This document shows positions 1 to 10,650 of a stretch of 64,000 nucleotides of DNA, piece by piece. The first letter of the stretch is position 1. Each line of letters opens with the position of its first letter. Source of the DNA: Phycisphaerae bacterium (lineage in GTDB: Bacteria; Planctomycetota; Phycisphaerae; UBA1845); assembly GCA_963667855.2 (NCBI GenBank), contig CAXXKI010000019.1:127411-191410 (forward strand), in the 5' to 3' direction. The notes beneath the pieces are model-generated. The model saw nothing but the letters and a program-made list of their open reading frames with translations. It was not told where the DNA came from and did not search any database. Both the position numbers and the translations under genes were made by a program.

Positions 1-129
1 ATTTTTCCTTGGCAGAATAATTATTCGTTAGTCAGGCAATTATCAATAACCCGCCTCCCAGTAATCCCCTCTTCGATATTACCAAGGACAACTTTCGCCA
101 GCACGCCATACCTGATAGCATGGCTTGCA

Positions 130-921
130 ATGGCTATCGCGGATAACAAATTCTATTACCCGACGGACAGGGAATACGACCGGCCAGAGAATTACGGCCT
201 GGGTTATGAGGAGGTTTTCTTTCCTTCTACAGGGGACAACACTCTGCACGGCTGGTTCTTCCCAGCGCAAAACGCTCGGGGAACGATCATTCACTGCCAC
301 GGCAACGCGGGGAACATCACCGCCCATTTCAAGTTTGTCGACTGGCTGCCGCAAGTCGGCTGGAATGTTCTCTGCTTCGATTATCGCGGTTACGGCCAAT
401 CGACCGGCAGCGTATCGCGCAGAGGGATAATCGACGATGTGGTTTCAGCAATCAGGTACGCAAGCGCCAGGAGCGACGTTTTGCCAGGCAGGATATGCCT
501 GTTTGGCCAATCGCTTGGTGGCGCGGTGGGGATAGTGGCCTCCACGGAGTGCGACGGGGCAATTGCAGGCATATGTATAGAGGGAGCGTTTTCCAGCTAT
601 CGAACAGAGGCCCGTTTCGTGACGCGGAAGACATGGTACCTCTGGAGCGTTTCGGGGTTGATTTCCCGTTACCTTATCAGCGATGATTTTTCGCCTATTG
701 ACTACGTATCACAACTTCCTGATATTCCAAAGATGTTTATCTGCGGCGTTAACGACCGGATAGTCGATTTTCGGCAGACGGTGGACTTATATAACGCTGC
801 AACCGCCCCAAAATCCATATGGCAAATACCCGACAGCGATCACACCGAAGCGGTTACCGGAGAAATCGAGGGCGGTAGAGAGCGGGTGGTTGATTTTTTT
901 GATACCTGTATGGAAAGGTGA
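130..921 (+). CDS. alpha/beta hydrolase (YfhR/ABHD13-like)
   Basis: HGNAGN oxyanion motif, DYRGYG, GQSLGG nucleophile elbow, downstream D...H triad residues (GVNDRIV, SDH). Confidence 0.9.
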   Translation: MAIADNKFYYPTDREYDRPENYGLGYEEVFFPSTGDNTLHGWFFPAQNARGTIIHCHGNAGNITAHFKFVDWLPQVGWNVLCFDYRGYGQSTGSVSRRGIIDDVVSAIRYASARSDVLPGRICLFGQSLGGAVGIVASTECDGAIAGICIEGAFSSYRTEARFVTRKTWYLWSVSGLISRYLISDDFSPIDYVSQLPDIPKMFICGVNDRIVDFRQTVDLYNAATAPKSIWQIPDSDHTEAVTGEIEGGRERVVDFFDTCMER

Positions 922-984
922 ATTCCATTTCTCAGTACACTCTGTCCCCTTTATTACCAAGGAACAACTATTTCGCAGCAGTTT

Positions 985-1344
985 CTATTCTACAGGCAGG
1001 GGTAGATTGTGAGCCCGCAGGAAAGACAACTTATCCCAATAGCCGCGTTGAAACACGATTTTTTGATTTTCGAATTTGAAAAAACCGCACCCTCGAAGCC
1101 CTAAGGGATCTTTCCATTCAAGAATCGCCCATTCACCGTCTTCGAAGACGGATTCGACGACGCAAATCATTTTCGCCTGGGAAAACTCGCGAGAAAACAT
1201 CTCTTTAATGGCCTGTTTACCTTCAACCGGTGATTCGGCCACCTGATGATTAACCGCGTCGTCAGCGTAAAACTCCGCTAACGCTTCAGCATCAGCCCTG
1301 TTGAACACTTCTACCCACTTGAGAAGAATATCTTTAGGTTGCAT
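985..1344 (-). CDS. SnoaL-like / NTF2 family protein
   Basis: FNRADAEALAEFYADDAV...GKQAIKEMF...FQRGYWD pattern; start placed at MQPKD. Confidence 0.85.
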   Translation of the reverse strand: MQPKDILLKWVEVFNRADAEALAEFYADDAVNHQVAESPVEGKQAIKEMFSREFSQAKMICVVESVFEDGEWAILEWKDPLGLRGCGFFKFENQKIVFQRGYWDKLSFLRAHNLPLPVE

Positions 1345-1641
1345 AGCTATTCTCATTGCCCCAGTCAAGGTTTCGATAAAAGATTTTCAGCATGTTATGA
1401 TTCCACATTCCACCGCACAACAGTATCAGCAAGAAAAGCTACCAAAACACTGGCGGGCCTGTGGACTAAACGTATTTGAACATAAAAACAGCGTTTTTTC
1501 GCAACGCCGAGGTTTAGACTACCAAAGGATCATTCGCGTGTGTATCGTGTTGTGTTGACAAACGGCGGGGCGCTTGGACGCCGCCGGGGCAGGAAAGAAA
1601 TTGATGCAAGCGGTAAAGGGTTGCAGCAAGAGGATTCGTAA

Positions 1642-2946
1642 GTGTCAAAGCTTTCGTACAATAAGGCGGATGTTCTCCGCGGGATCAGCCTGTTCGTTAT
1701 AGTTATCGCGCTGGTTGCCGCGATTATTATCCTTTGTTGCGGTTTTGAACTCGCGGGCTACGCCATATCGGCCGGCATTCTTCTCTTGGGAATATCCGTT
1801 TTCCTGCTCTGTCGCCAGGGAGCGGAGCTGGCTGAATCCAGACAGTTCCTGCAGCGAGTTATTGACAGCACCTCCGATCCGCTGCTGGTAATCGACCCGG
1901 ACTACCGGGTGATATTGGCCAACCGGGCGGCACAGCGGATTTCCGGGCGCAGTGTTACCGCCCCAGGGTGTCTCAGTTGCCACGAGTTTTCTCACGGCCG
2001 GGACAAACCTTGCGGCGGCTTGGAGAATCCGTGTCCGCTGAAAACGGTAGTATCGGGAAAAATAGCAACCACGGTCACTCACACACACGTTAAAAACGCC
2101 GGTCAGGAAACGGTAGTGGAGATAAGTGCGTCTCCTGTTCTGAACCGGTCGGGAGAAATCGAGTACATTATAGAGCTCAGCAGGGATATCACCGCTCGCG
2201 TGCGGGCGGAAGAACAGGTGCGCAGGCATCAGGCCGAACTCGCCCACGTATCGCGATTGGGAACCATGGGGGAAATGGCAACTGGGCTGGCTCACGAATT
2301 AAACCAGCCACTGGCCGCCATTGTCAATTACCTGCAGGCGGCACGGGAAAGGATTCGATCCGGCTCTGCCGACTTTCAGGAGTTGCTGCGGGATATCGAA
2401 GATGCCTCCCAGCAGGCACGCCGGGCGGGCGGAATAATCGAGCAGATTCGGAACTTCGTCCGTAAGGACGTGCGGGAGCGGTCCAAAGTCAACATAAACA
2501 CGATTATACAACAGGCTGTTTCACTGGTTAAAACCGAGCTGCGGAATAACCGTATAGAAGTCAATCTCGAACTGAGCGACGCTCTGCCGCAGGTGTCAGC
2601 CCAGGAAATCCAAATCGAGCAGGTACTGGTTAACCTCATAAGAAACAGCCTGGACGCGATGATCAATATCGAAGCGGACGCCCGGGTACTGACTATAAGT
2701 ACTTCAAAAACAGAGGCCGGTTTGATCTCCTGTACGGTTTGCGATACCGGATGCGGATTGAACGAGAAGGAACTTGACCAGGTGTTCAATCCGTTCTTTA
2801 CTACCAAAGCTGGCGGCATGGGAATGGGATTGCCGATCTGCCGGACTATTATCGAAGAACACGGCGGGAAACTGACCGCCGATAGTGATACCGACCGGGG
2901 AGCGTCGTTTACTTTCGTCCTTCCGGTTAATGAAGGCGAGAAATGA
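1642..2946 (+). CDS. membrane-bound PAS sensor histidine kinase (FixL-like)
   Basis: Two N-terminal TM segments, Cys-rich PAS, H-box LAHELNQPL, N box NLIRNS, DTGCG, FFTTK, GMGMGL. Confidence 0.92.
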   Translation: MSKLSYNKADVLRGISLFVIVIALVAAIIILCCGFELAGYAISAGILLLGISVFLLCRQGAELAESRQFLQRVIDSTSDPLLVIDPDYRVILANRAAQRISGRSVTAPGCLSCHEFSHGRDKPCGGLENPCPLKTVVSGKIATTVTHTHVKNAGQETVVEISASPVLNRSGEIEYIIELSRDITARVRAEEQVRRHQAELAHVSRLGTMGEMATGLAHELNQPLAAIVNYLQAARERIRSGSADFQELLRDIEDASQQARRAGGIIEQIRNFVRKDVRERSKVNINTIIQQAVSLVKTELRNNRIEVNLELSDALPQVSAQEIQIEQVLVNLIRNSLDAMINIEADARVLTISTSKTEAGLISCTVCDTGCGLNEKELDQVFNPFFTTKAGGMGMGLPICRTIIEEHGGKLTADSDTDRGASFTFVLPVNEGEK

Positions 2947-2947
2947 T

Positions 2948-3553
2948 ATGCAGGAAAAAGCAACCGTATTCATAGTGGACGACGATCAGGCCATCCGCGA
3001 CTCACTGAGCAGGCTTATGGATTCAATAGGATTAGCCACTGAGACATTCGCCGACGCACAGGCTTTCCTGGACAACTACGACAACGAGAAACCAGGTTGC
3101 CTTTTACTCGATATACGCATGCCGGGAATGGGCGGTATGGAACTGCAACAGGAACTGTCCGCAAGAAATATCAGCATTCCGATCATTATAATCTCCGCCC
3201 ACGGCAGCGTGGAACAGGCGGTGCAGGCCATGAAAACCGGCGCGGTTGATTTCATCAGAAAACCATATGACGGCGGCGTACTGCTCGATAGGGTAAAACA
3301 CGCATTAGAGCTGGACGCCGATCTTCGGCAGAAGGATGCCCAGCGAGCGGAGGTGGCCTCCAGAATCAACCTGCTTACTCCGAGAGAAACCGAAGTCATG
3401 AAACTGCTGGCAGCGGGGAAATACCCCAAGGAAATCGCCTTCGAACTCGGCTTGAGCAGAAAAACCGTGGACGTACACCGCAGCCATATCATGATGAAAA
3501 TGCAGGCGGACTCGGCAATTGAGTTGGCCCAAATGCTCCAGACACAGGAATGA
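2948..3553 (+). CDS. FixJ/LuxR-family response regulator
   Basis: VDDD, LLDIRMPG, KP receiver motifs; LTPRE...KTVDVHR LuxR HTH; ATG at 2948, 1 nt after the kinase stop. Confidence 0.93.
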   Translation: MQEKATVFIVDDDQAIRDSLSRLMDSIGLATETFADAQAFLDNYDNEKPGCLLLDIRMPGMGGMELQQELSARNISIPIIIISAHGSVEQAVQAMKTGAVDFIRKPYDGGVLLDRVKHALELDADLRQKDAQRAEVASRINLLTPRETEVMKLLAAGKYPKEIAFELGLSRKTVDVHRSHIMMKMQADSAIELAQMLQTQE

Positions 3554-3590
3554 GCATATAGCATTGCCATAAGCATGACAACACCAACTT

Positions 3591-3655
3591 GCAGGTCGGG
3601 GCATCGACCCGACGCGTGAGCATATGTTTTCCGTCGGGTCAATGACCCGACCTAC
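3591..3655. repeat. REP-like palindrome doublet, family A (GTAGGTCGGG...CCCGACCTAC)
   Basis: GCAGGTCGGGGCATCGACCCGACG...CGTCGGGTCAATGACCCGACCTAC; related copies at 4384-4406, 4639-4671, 22839-22867, 33876-33942. Confidence 0.8.
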
Positions 3656-3810
3656 GATTGTTCACATCGCTCTACTAAGAAAAATCCCTAGGCCTGTTCC
3701 CAATTGCAGAGCTTATCGGGCGGCGGTAATTATATCGCATAGAAGTGATCGGCCTGTCCGGTCGCGGTAGTCAAGCGGTCAGGCTGATGAATAATCCGGA
3801 GAGAACGAAA

Positions 3811-4239
3811 ATGTTCCGTCAGGAATTTTCATTCATTTTGACAGCGTGCATCTTCTGCTCAGTAAAGGGTTTCGTTGCCTCGACTTCCGTTACTGACCAC
3901 AAGATACACTACCCGCAACAGCCGGCTCCATCAGGTATTTGCATCAGTGCCTTTGGAGAAGCAGGGGAAGCGGTGGTCGACGATGAGAAGCTCTACGATT
4001 ACGGGCTGGTAAGCAGACTTCACATCGGAGATTCCCGGTTACAGTCGGGGATTGAATCCAACAATCCCTCCGCATTATGCGCGTCCCCGGAAATCTCCAC
4101 CGCCGCGATCCCGGCCGGCTTTGCCGCTTCCGGCATACCGGAAGCTGAAGAAACTCAAGTATGCCGGCATTCGTTATCCACTATCACCAACCAGGTGATT
4201 CACTCTGAAAAACAGGAGGGGAAGGAAGCTGTGGTTTAA
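3811..4239 (+). CDS. hypothetical protein
   Basis: Open frame with possible signal-like N-terminus and GGAG upstream; no recognisable domain. Confidence 0.3.
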   Translation: MFRQEFSFILTACIFCSVKGFVASTSVTDHKIHYPQQPAPSGICISAFGEAGEAVVDDEKLYDYGLVSRLHIGDSRLQSGIESNNPSALCASPEISTAAIPAGFAASGIPEAEETQVCRHSLSTITNQVIHSEKQEGKEAVV

Positions 4240-4638
4240 TTGTGGGGAAAAAGCAACGGAACGAATCCCGCGTGGGATTCACATATCAGTGGGGATGCGT
4301 GGCCTCTTCTTGTTTACTCGCATGCGAATGCGAGTTTCCTGGGAGGCCACGTTTTATTTCGGTTCGCCATGACAGTTGTGGATATGCATTCCGTCGGGTC
4401 TGTTGATCGCTGCGATCATCATCTTTGTCATTAGTCTTTTTCACGGTTTCCTGAATTTGGCGTCTTTGTGAATAACGGAGGAAGGTTTCGGCATTATCTA
4501 TCTGAAATTTGAAATCTAGAATTAGATTCATCAAGTCGTAGCGAGAACCCGAGCTGCCTGGCTAACATCGTGCTTAAAAAGATTTATGATTAAAAATGAT
4601 GTTTCCAGCGGTGGTCTATTGCCCCAACAGGCGTACAC

Positions 4639-4671
4639 ATGCATTCCGTCGGGTCTGTTGACCCGACCTAC
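4639..4671. repeat. REP-like repeat, family A
   Basis: ATGCATTCCGTCGGGTCTGTTGACCCGACCTAC; the first 23 nt are identical to 4384-4406. Confidence 0.75.
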
Positions 4672-4910
4672 AGGGCTACGGCTACGGAGTAAATTACTTT
4701 TCATTGAACAAAACTACCCATCTTAGCGGATAAACCGGTGGAATTGTGCAAATATCATCACCTTGCCGCCAATCGAAGGTTTTCAGGTAGCGTTAGCTTT
4801 CCAAGCTGGTTATCATGATTCCCGGGCAACCAGTTCTGTTGGACAATGGGTGAGTTGCATCAGCATTTTTCTGGTGCAGGGAAAAATAACATTCATTAAG
4901 GACACCTCCA

Positions 4911-6100
4911 ATGGCCGAGGCGAGAACCAATCGATTTGAAACGAAGTACACGGACACGTATTTTGCTCCAGCCGGACGTGCCAGCGAATCTGACCTACAA
5001 GCATCAGTGAAAAAGTTGACACACAATCCGATACTGGACGCAATGATGGAAATTCTGGGTTCGTGGGTACTTGCAGTGAACCAGCAGAGGCAAATCCTGG
5101 CCATAAACGCCAAGCTGATTGAGGAACTCGGAATTAAAGATCCAGCCCGTTTTCTTGGTTTGAGACCTGGCGAAGCCCTGGATTGCAAATATGCTTTCAA
5201 AGGTCCGGATGGCTGCGGTACAGGGCAGGCATGTTCAACCTGCGGTGCGGCGATTGCCATGGTTACCGCCCAGGAAACCGGCGAGGCTAACGATCAAACC
5301 TGTGTACTGACAACGGTTAAGGGAAACACAACTTACGATAGTGTTTAGTCTCCGTACGATGTGTACCAGTCAAACTGCCTGAAGAGGATATTCTTCTGGT
5401 ATGCATGCATGACATAAGTACCGAACAGCGCAGAAAGGCGTTGGAACGCACGTATCTGCATGACATCAGCAATCTCCTTTCGGCAATGTCCGGATCAATC
5501 GACCGGCTGCGGCCTGACGCCTCAGACGAACAGCTGCAATTGATCGACAACCTCAAGGAATGCTCTCACGCACTGATAAGGGAAATCCGTATTCAAAGAT
5601 TGTTCTGCACAAATGGGGGCCAGGGAATTGAAGTAAACTCTTCGGAGATTTGGCCTGAAGATGTATTAAAGCGAATCAAGGCTCTGATCCGCAATCACCC
5701 GGCCGCCATCGGGCGTAACATCAGCGTAGCTGAAGGGAGTTCCAGCGTGCCGGCGTTGTCGGACATGACCCTGGTTACGCGGATACTGGTCAACATGATA
5801 ATTAACGCCCTGGAAGCGTGCCAGGACGGCGACGAAGTCAAGGTCGGCTTTGACGAAGGAACGGAAATAACCTTCTGGGTATGGAACAAACAGCGGATTC
5901 CGGAAAACGTAGCCCCCAGGATTTTTCAACGATATTTCTCCACCAAAGCAGGCAGCGGACGAGGAACGGGAACTTTCTCCATGAAACTATTAGGGGAATC
6001 TCTACTGAAAGGGAAAGTGAATTTCGAAAGCTCAGCGGATACTGGAACCACCTTTCGGTTTTCTCTACCGGTGCATCCAAGCTATAAGACCCCTTCCTGA
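4911..6100 (+). pseudogene. Cys-rich PAS-like sensor histidine kinase, split by a frameshift near 5345 (possibly an assembly error)
   Basis: 4911-5348 carries LRPGEALDC...GCG...CSTC; the second frame continues VRCVPVKL...MHDIS...YLHDISN (H-box), NMIINALEA, RYFSTK, GRGTGT. Confidence 0.8.
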
Positions 6101-6383
6101 CTTTGCATGGCGATATTTTTCATTATCTGAAAACCTCGCATGATTCCAGTTGAAAGAACCGGCCAATAGGTTTTTCAGCTGTTCCGCCAATATACTTATT
6201 AAGTTGATCACGAATCGGAGATTGATCTCCTTTACTCCGTTCTTTGCGGAAAACCCGATTTAATACAGAGGTGTGTTTACGCGAGACATAGAACCAACGT
6301 ATTGTTTTTACCAACAATCTATGTCGGCCGCCCGCATTTAGCGAGCCAAATGCGGGCGGGCTTGGTTTTAAGACCACGAACGT

Positions 6384-6453
6384 TTTCCGCCGGTTGAAAC
6401 CGGCGGCTGCGCTTATGCCGTCCATCCACCTCCGGAGGATGGACTCGGCTTTG
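6384..6453. repeat. REP-like double-hairpin repeat, family B
   Basis: TTTCCGCCGGTTGAAACCGGCGGCT...CCGTCC[loop]GGACTCGGCTTTG; homologous to 33754-33813. Confidence 0.7.
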
Positions 6454-6754
6454 CCTCTTACCTGTTTTATGGCCAACTTCAAGTAGACGGATTCGGTTTT
6501 GCCATTTCCAGCTCTATAGTATTTTCCAATATCTCGCCTCCCGTGGACCTGGAGCGAACGGAGCCGATTCAACTTTTTGGGGCTCCGTGTGTTTTCCATC
6601 GATACGTTTCTGATCCGCCTCCAGTCCGTCTTCGGTCCTCCTTCGGCGGATAAACTATATAAGCTAAATACGTCAAATGAACCCAAAGTACTTTTCTGGG
6701 GCGAAACAGTGGAACCAGGTAAGTGCCCAGCAGATAAACGATACCCTCGTTTAC

Positions 6755-8170
6755 TTACAGTCTTCCATTACCGCCCATATACTTGTTCATGGCTATTGAT
6801 GCTCTCTTGCCGTCGCCCATGGCCAGAATAACCGTCGCACCACCACGGACAATATCACCGCCGGAGAAAACCCCGGGCATACTGGTCATCAGGTTTTCAT
6901 CAACCTCGATATTACCCCAACGGTTCAGCTTCAGTTCCGGCGTGGTCTGCGTCAGAAGCGGGTTCGCCCCGGTACCGATCGCCTCAACGAACACGTCACA
7001 CGGTAAATCGAATTCGCTCCCCTCAATGGGAACAGGTCTGCGCCGCCCCGAAGCGTCCGGCTCTCCCAGTTCCATTCGCTGGCAGCGAACCGCCTTTACC
7101 CAGCCTTCCTTATCGCCGATAATCTCAATTGGGTTTACCAGTAGATCCAGCTTGACCCCTTCCTCTTCCGCGTGCTTTATTTCTTCCACGCGTGCCGGCA
7201 TTTCAGCACGTGAACGACGGTAGACCAGGGTGGCCGCGTCCGCTCCCAGCCGAAGACCGGTACGCACCGAATCCATGGCCGTATTACCACCACCGACAAC
7301 CACTACGTTCTTCCCCCTTATAACTGGCGTTGAAGACTGCTCGCCCCGGAACGCGCCCATAAGATTAACCCGGGTCAAGTACTCGTTTGCCGAGTAGACG
7401 CCTTTCAGGTGCTCGCCGGGAATGCTTTGGAATACCGGCAGGCCGGCACCATTGGCAATAAATACGGTATCGAATCCCTCGTCCTCCAGCAATTCCTTGA
7501 CCGTATAGGTTTGACCGATTACCACGTCGCATTCGATCTTCACCCCGATCTCGCGCAGCTTGTCCACTTCCTTGGCGATAATCTCCTTGGGAAGCCTGAA
7601 TTCGGGTATTCCATACATCAACACGCCACCAGGTACATGCAAAGCTTCGAAGATGGTCACATCGTGTCCCAACTTGGCCAGCTCGCCGGCACAGGTAAGA
7701 CCGGCCGGTCCCGCACCGACTATCGCCGCCTTCTTACCCGTGTATGCTTTCGGAGCCGCCACTTTGGAGTAGTTGAGCCGAGCCCAGTCTGCCACGAATC
7801 GTTCGAGATAACCGATCCCCACCGGGTCTCCACTTTTACCCCGTATACAAACCTCTTCACACTGCGTTTCCTGCGGACAGACTCGACCGGTAATACCGGG
7901 AAGCACGTTCGCATCGTAAAGGATGTCCGCAGCTTTTTTCAGATCACCGTCCGAAACCGCGCCAACGAATCCCGCAATATCTATTCCCACCGGGCAGCCT
8001 TCAACGCATTTGGCTTTTTTGCACTGGAGACACCGATCAGCTTCGGTCTTGGCAATATCCGGATCCATCCCCAGGTTTACTTCCTTGAAGTTGCGACCGC
8101 GCACCTTGGCGTCCTGCTCCGGCATCCGCTGCCGCTTTATCTTCATTCTCTCAGACGGTTTCATCTGCAC
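6755..8170 (-). CDS. nfnB: NADPH-dependent glutamate-synthase-beta-like / Nfn transhydrogenase large subunit
   Basis: RCLQC...CVEGCPV and GRVCPQETQCE Fe-S motifs, GAGPAG, YGIPEFRLP, GGGNTAMD; paired with the upstream small subunit. Confidence 0.9.
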   Translation of the reverse strand: MQMKPSERMKIKRQRMPEQDAKVRGRNFKEVNLGMDPDIAKTEADRCLQCKKAKCVEGCPVGIDIAGFVGAVSDGDLKKAADILYDANVLPGITGRVCPQETQCEEVCIRGKSGDPVGIGYLERFVADWARLNYSKVAAPKAYTGKKAAIVGAGPAGLTCAGELAKLGHDVTIFEALHVPGGVLMYGIPEFRLPKEIIAKEVDKLREIGVKIECDVVIGQTYTVKELLEDEGFDTVFIANGAGLPVFQSIPGEHLKGVYSANEYLTRVNLMGAFRGEQSSTPVIRGKNVVVVGGGNTAMDSVRTGLRLGADAATLVYRRSRAEMPARVEEIKHAEEEGVKLDLLVNPIEIIGDKEGWVKAVRCQRMELGEPDASGRRRPVPIEGSEFDLPCDVFVEAIGTGANPLLTQTTPELKLNRWGNIEVDENLMTSMPGVFSGGDIVRGGATVILAMGDGKRASIAMNKYMGGNGRL

Positions 8171-8291
8171 TCCATCCTATTCGTGAAAAACCTATCCGTC
8201 CTGTTCAGATGTTATTTTCACTAACCGCATTCCCGTCGCCTGCACCGGGCGACATAAAAACCGGTCAACCAAGTTACTTAACAATTGCCTG

Positions 8292-9146
8292 TCAGCCGTC
8301 ACACTTGCATTCGCCGCATTTTCCCTGATGCAACCGATCCCAGGCCTCTTTTTCCCAGGTACGGTAGGCGGCCAACCGATCGGCCAGCTCTTTGAAATCC
8401 ACCTTATGGGCGTCGAATTCCGGCCCGTGTACGCAGGCGAATTTCTGCTTGTTGTCCACGGTCACCCGGCAACCGCCGCACATGCCCGTACCGTCCACCA
8501 TGATCGGGTTGAGCGAAGCGATGGTGCGAATCTCCTTCGGCCTGGTGACTTCCGCAATTGCCTTCATCATGGGCACCGGCCCGGCAGTCAACACCACATC
8601 GATCGGATTGGATTCATCGTCAATGAGTTCCTGCAGCTTACCGGTAACGAAACCCTTGTATCCGTAACTGCCGTCGTCGGTACAGGGATAAACCGCATCA
8701 CACACTTTGGACAACTCGTCCTCCATGATGACATAAGGTTTACTCCTGCCGCCCATGATCGCGGTAACCTTGTTGCCCGCTTCCTTCAAAGCGCCTGCCT
8801 GAGGGAAAATCACGGCTGTTCCGACACCGCCACCTACAAGCACGGCGTGACCGTAATTTTCGATCTCCGTCGGTACGCCCAACGGACCAACCACGTCGGG
8901 GATTTTCTGACCGGCCTCCAATGACGCGAGTATTTCCGTGGTAGCCCCGATCACCTGGACCGCAAGTACGATGGTACCTTCCTGCGGATCGGAATCGGCA
9001 ATAGTGAGAGGAATGCGCTCGCCATCCTCGCACGCTCGAACAATCACAAAGTGCCCCGGCTGATGACGGGCGGCCACTCGCGGCGCTTCCACCACTATCC
9101 ACCTTACTTCCGGGGCTAACCATTTTGCTTCACGGATGACAAACAT
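8292..9146 (-). CDS. nfnA: Nfn small subunit (sulfide/dihydroorotate dehydrogenase-like FAD/NAD-binding, 2Fe-2S)
   Basis: GERIPLTIAD, GPLG, GGGVG, MVDGTGMCGGCRV...CVHGPEF; start at MFVIRE. Confidence 0.9.
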   Translation of the reverse strand: MFVIREAKWLAPEVRWIVVEAPRVAARHQPGHFVIVRACEDGERIPLTIADSDPQEGTIVLAVQVIGATTEILASLEAGQKIPDVVGPLGVPTEIENYGHAVLVGGGVGTAVIFPQAGALKEAGNKVTAIMGGRSKPYVIMEDELSKVCDAVYPCTDDGSYGYKGFVTGKLQELIDDESNPIDVVLTAGPVPMMKAIAEVTRPKEIRTIASLNPIMVDGTGMCGGCRVTVDNKQKFACVHGPEFDAHKVDFKELADRLAAYRTWEKEAWDRLHQGKCGECKCDG

Positions 9147-9502
9147 GTCGTTGGGTTTCTCCAATACAAGGGAACGATATCCAGACTGGCTCAGGCAACC
9201 TGCGATAAGAAAACTCGCCTCCGCCGGCACTTACGAAGGCTGAATCTTTTTCGTTAAAACAACATTCAACCCGGTCCGGAACAAAAATACCTGCCCTCTG
9301 TACCTGCTCCGCACACTTAATTATTTATAATAGCGCCAATTACGGTGATAAAGCAACACTTTCAACCGCCATACTGGGTGTTAATCAACAGGTATTTGAA
9401 AGAAAAACGGTGTGGCCAGACAATCCATCCTGTGTATCTACAACCGCTCGGAAAAAACCTCTCCGGAAACGGCGAAAAATCCACCCGTTTTTGTGCTGCT
9501 TT

Positions 9503-10561
9503 CTATAATTGAGTTTGGGCCTGATCGCTTTGAACCTGGCAACCGTTACCGTTGCTTTTAGCCCCGCAGGAATCGCGCACCACTAATTGCGGCCTGAGCG
9601 ATACCTTTGTTGGCGGTCTTTTTGGATCAGCAACTCGCTGGCAGAGCACTTCGATCGCTATCGATCCCATTTGCGCCAGTGGTACTCTGACTGTAGTTAG
9701 AGCCGGACGAGTCATGCCCGCAACCCTGGTATCGTCGAAACCGACAATAGCCAGATCAGAAGGAACTCGAATGCCCTTTTCCTGAGCGACGGCCAGTATT
9801 CCAGCAGCCATCTCATCGTTGGCGGCAAATACACAATGCCCAGGACCTGCCCATGTCGCGATATGCTCAGCGGCCAACTCACACGCACGATCATAGCTGT
9901 AATCGAGGTGATAAATATCGTCTGAATTGTATGGCAAACCGGCCGCCTGCAATACCTCTTCATACGCCTTGCGACGAACCATGGTATCGGCGTTGGTTTG
10001 CAAACCACCTACGAAAAATATCCTATTAGCACCACAGTTATCCACCAGATGCCTCATGACCGCCAGTGCACCGCTTCGCTGATCGATCATTACGCTGTCG
10101 TGTTGTGTATCTTCAAGAAAATCATCCAGTATGGTTACGGGAATACGGAAACCGGCCAACAATTCCTCTATCCGGTCGGTAACCTCCGAAACCATTACGG
10201 CCATTCCATCCACTATTGAGCGCTGGCTTATCCCCTCTAAGAGGGCATGAGCGTCATCAACGTCCTTGGCAGAGGATACCACCAGGTTGTAGCCCAGCTC
10301 CCTAGCCTTGGCGTTGGCACCGCGGATAACTTCGGAGTAGAACCCACCATGCATATCCGGGAGAACCAACCCGAGCATCTCACTTTTTTGAAGCATAAGC
10401 CCGCGAGCGAAAACATTCGGCTTGTAATCAAGCTCGGCTATCGCTTTCTCTACGCGTTCCAGAGTAACCTTGTTGACCAGCTCCCGCCGATTTAGCACTC
10501 TGGAAACAGTACTGATGGATACGTTTGCCCGCTTTGCAACATCTTCGATAGAAACGGCCAT
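9503..10561 (-). CDS. LacI family transcriptional regulator
   Basis: SIEDVAKRANVSISTVSRVLN HTH, YKPN hinge, GFDD...PALTTV. Confidence 0.95.
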   Translation of the reverse strand: MAVSIEDVAKRANVSISTVSRVLNRRELVNKVTLERVEKAIAELDYKPNVFARGLMLQKSEMLGLVLPDMHGGFYSEVIRGANAKARELGYNLVVSSAKDVDDAHALLEGISQRSIVDGMAVMVSEVTDRIEELLAGFRIPVTILDDFLEDTQHDSVMIDQRSGALAVMRHLVDNCGANRIFFVGGLQTNADTMVRRKAYEEVLQAAGLPYNSDDIYHLDYSYDRACELAAEHIATWAGPGHCVFAANDEMAAGILAVAQEKGIRVPSDLAIVGFDDTRVAGMTRPALTTVRVPLAQMGSIAIEVLCQRVADPKRPPTKVSLRPQLVVRDSCGAKSNGNGCQVQSDQAQTQL

Positions 10562-10614
10562 TTATTCGTTCCCCACAAATACACCCCGGCTACGAAAGAG
10601 CCAGTCCAACTTTT

Positions 10615-10628
10615 TGACAGCGCTTTCA
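10615..10628. promoter_or_regulatory. putative LacI-family operator
   Basis: TGACAGCGCTTTCA, a near-perfect palindrome with central GCGC, lying between the divergent lacI and glucanase genes. Confidence 0.65.
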
Positions 10629-10650
10629 TAGTACCGTATCGTGGTCAATT

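Noticed and set aside
1972-1986. CxxCH heme c motif in the kinase
   Set aside because: It lies in a cytoplasmic PAS domain beyond the TM helices, out of reach of normal cytochrome c maturation; a Cys cluster explains it better
6123-6686. 187-aa minus-strand ORF (also 14176-14712 and 24227-24641 ORFs)
   Set aside because: They overlap palindromic repeats or AT-rich spacers and show no protein-like motifs
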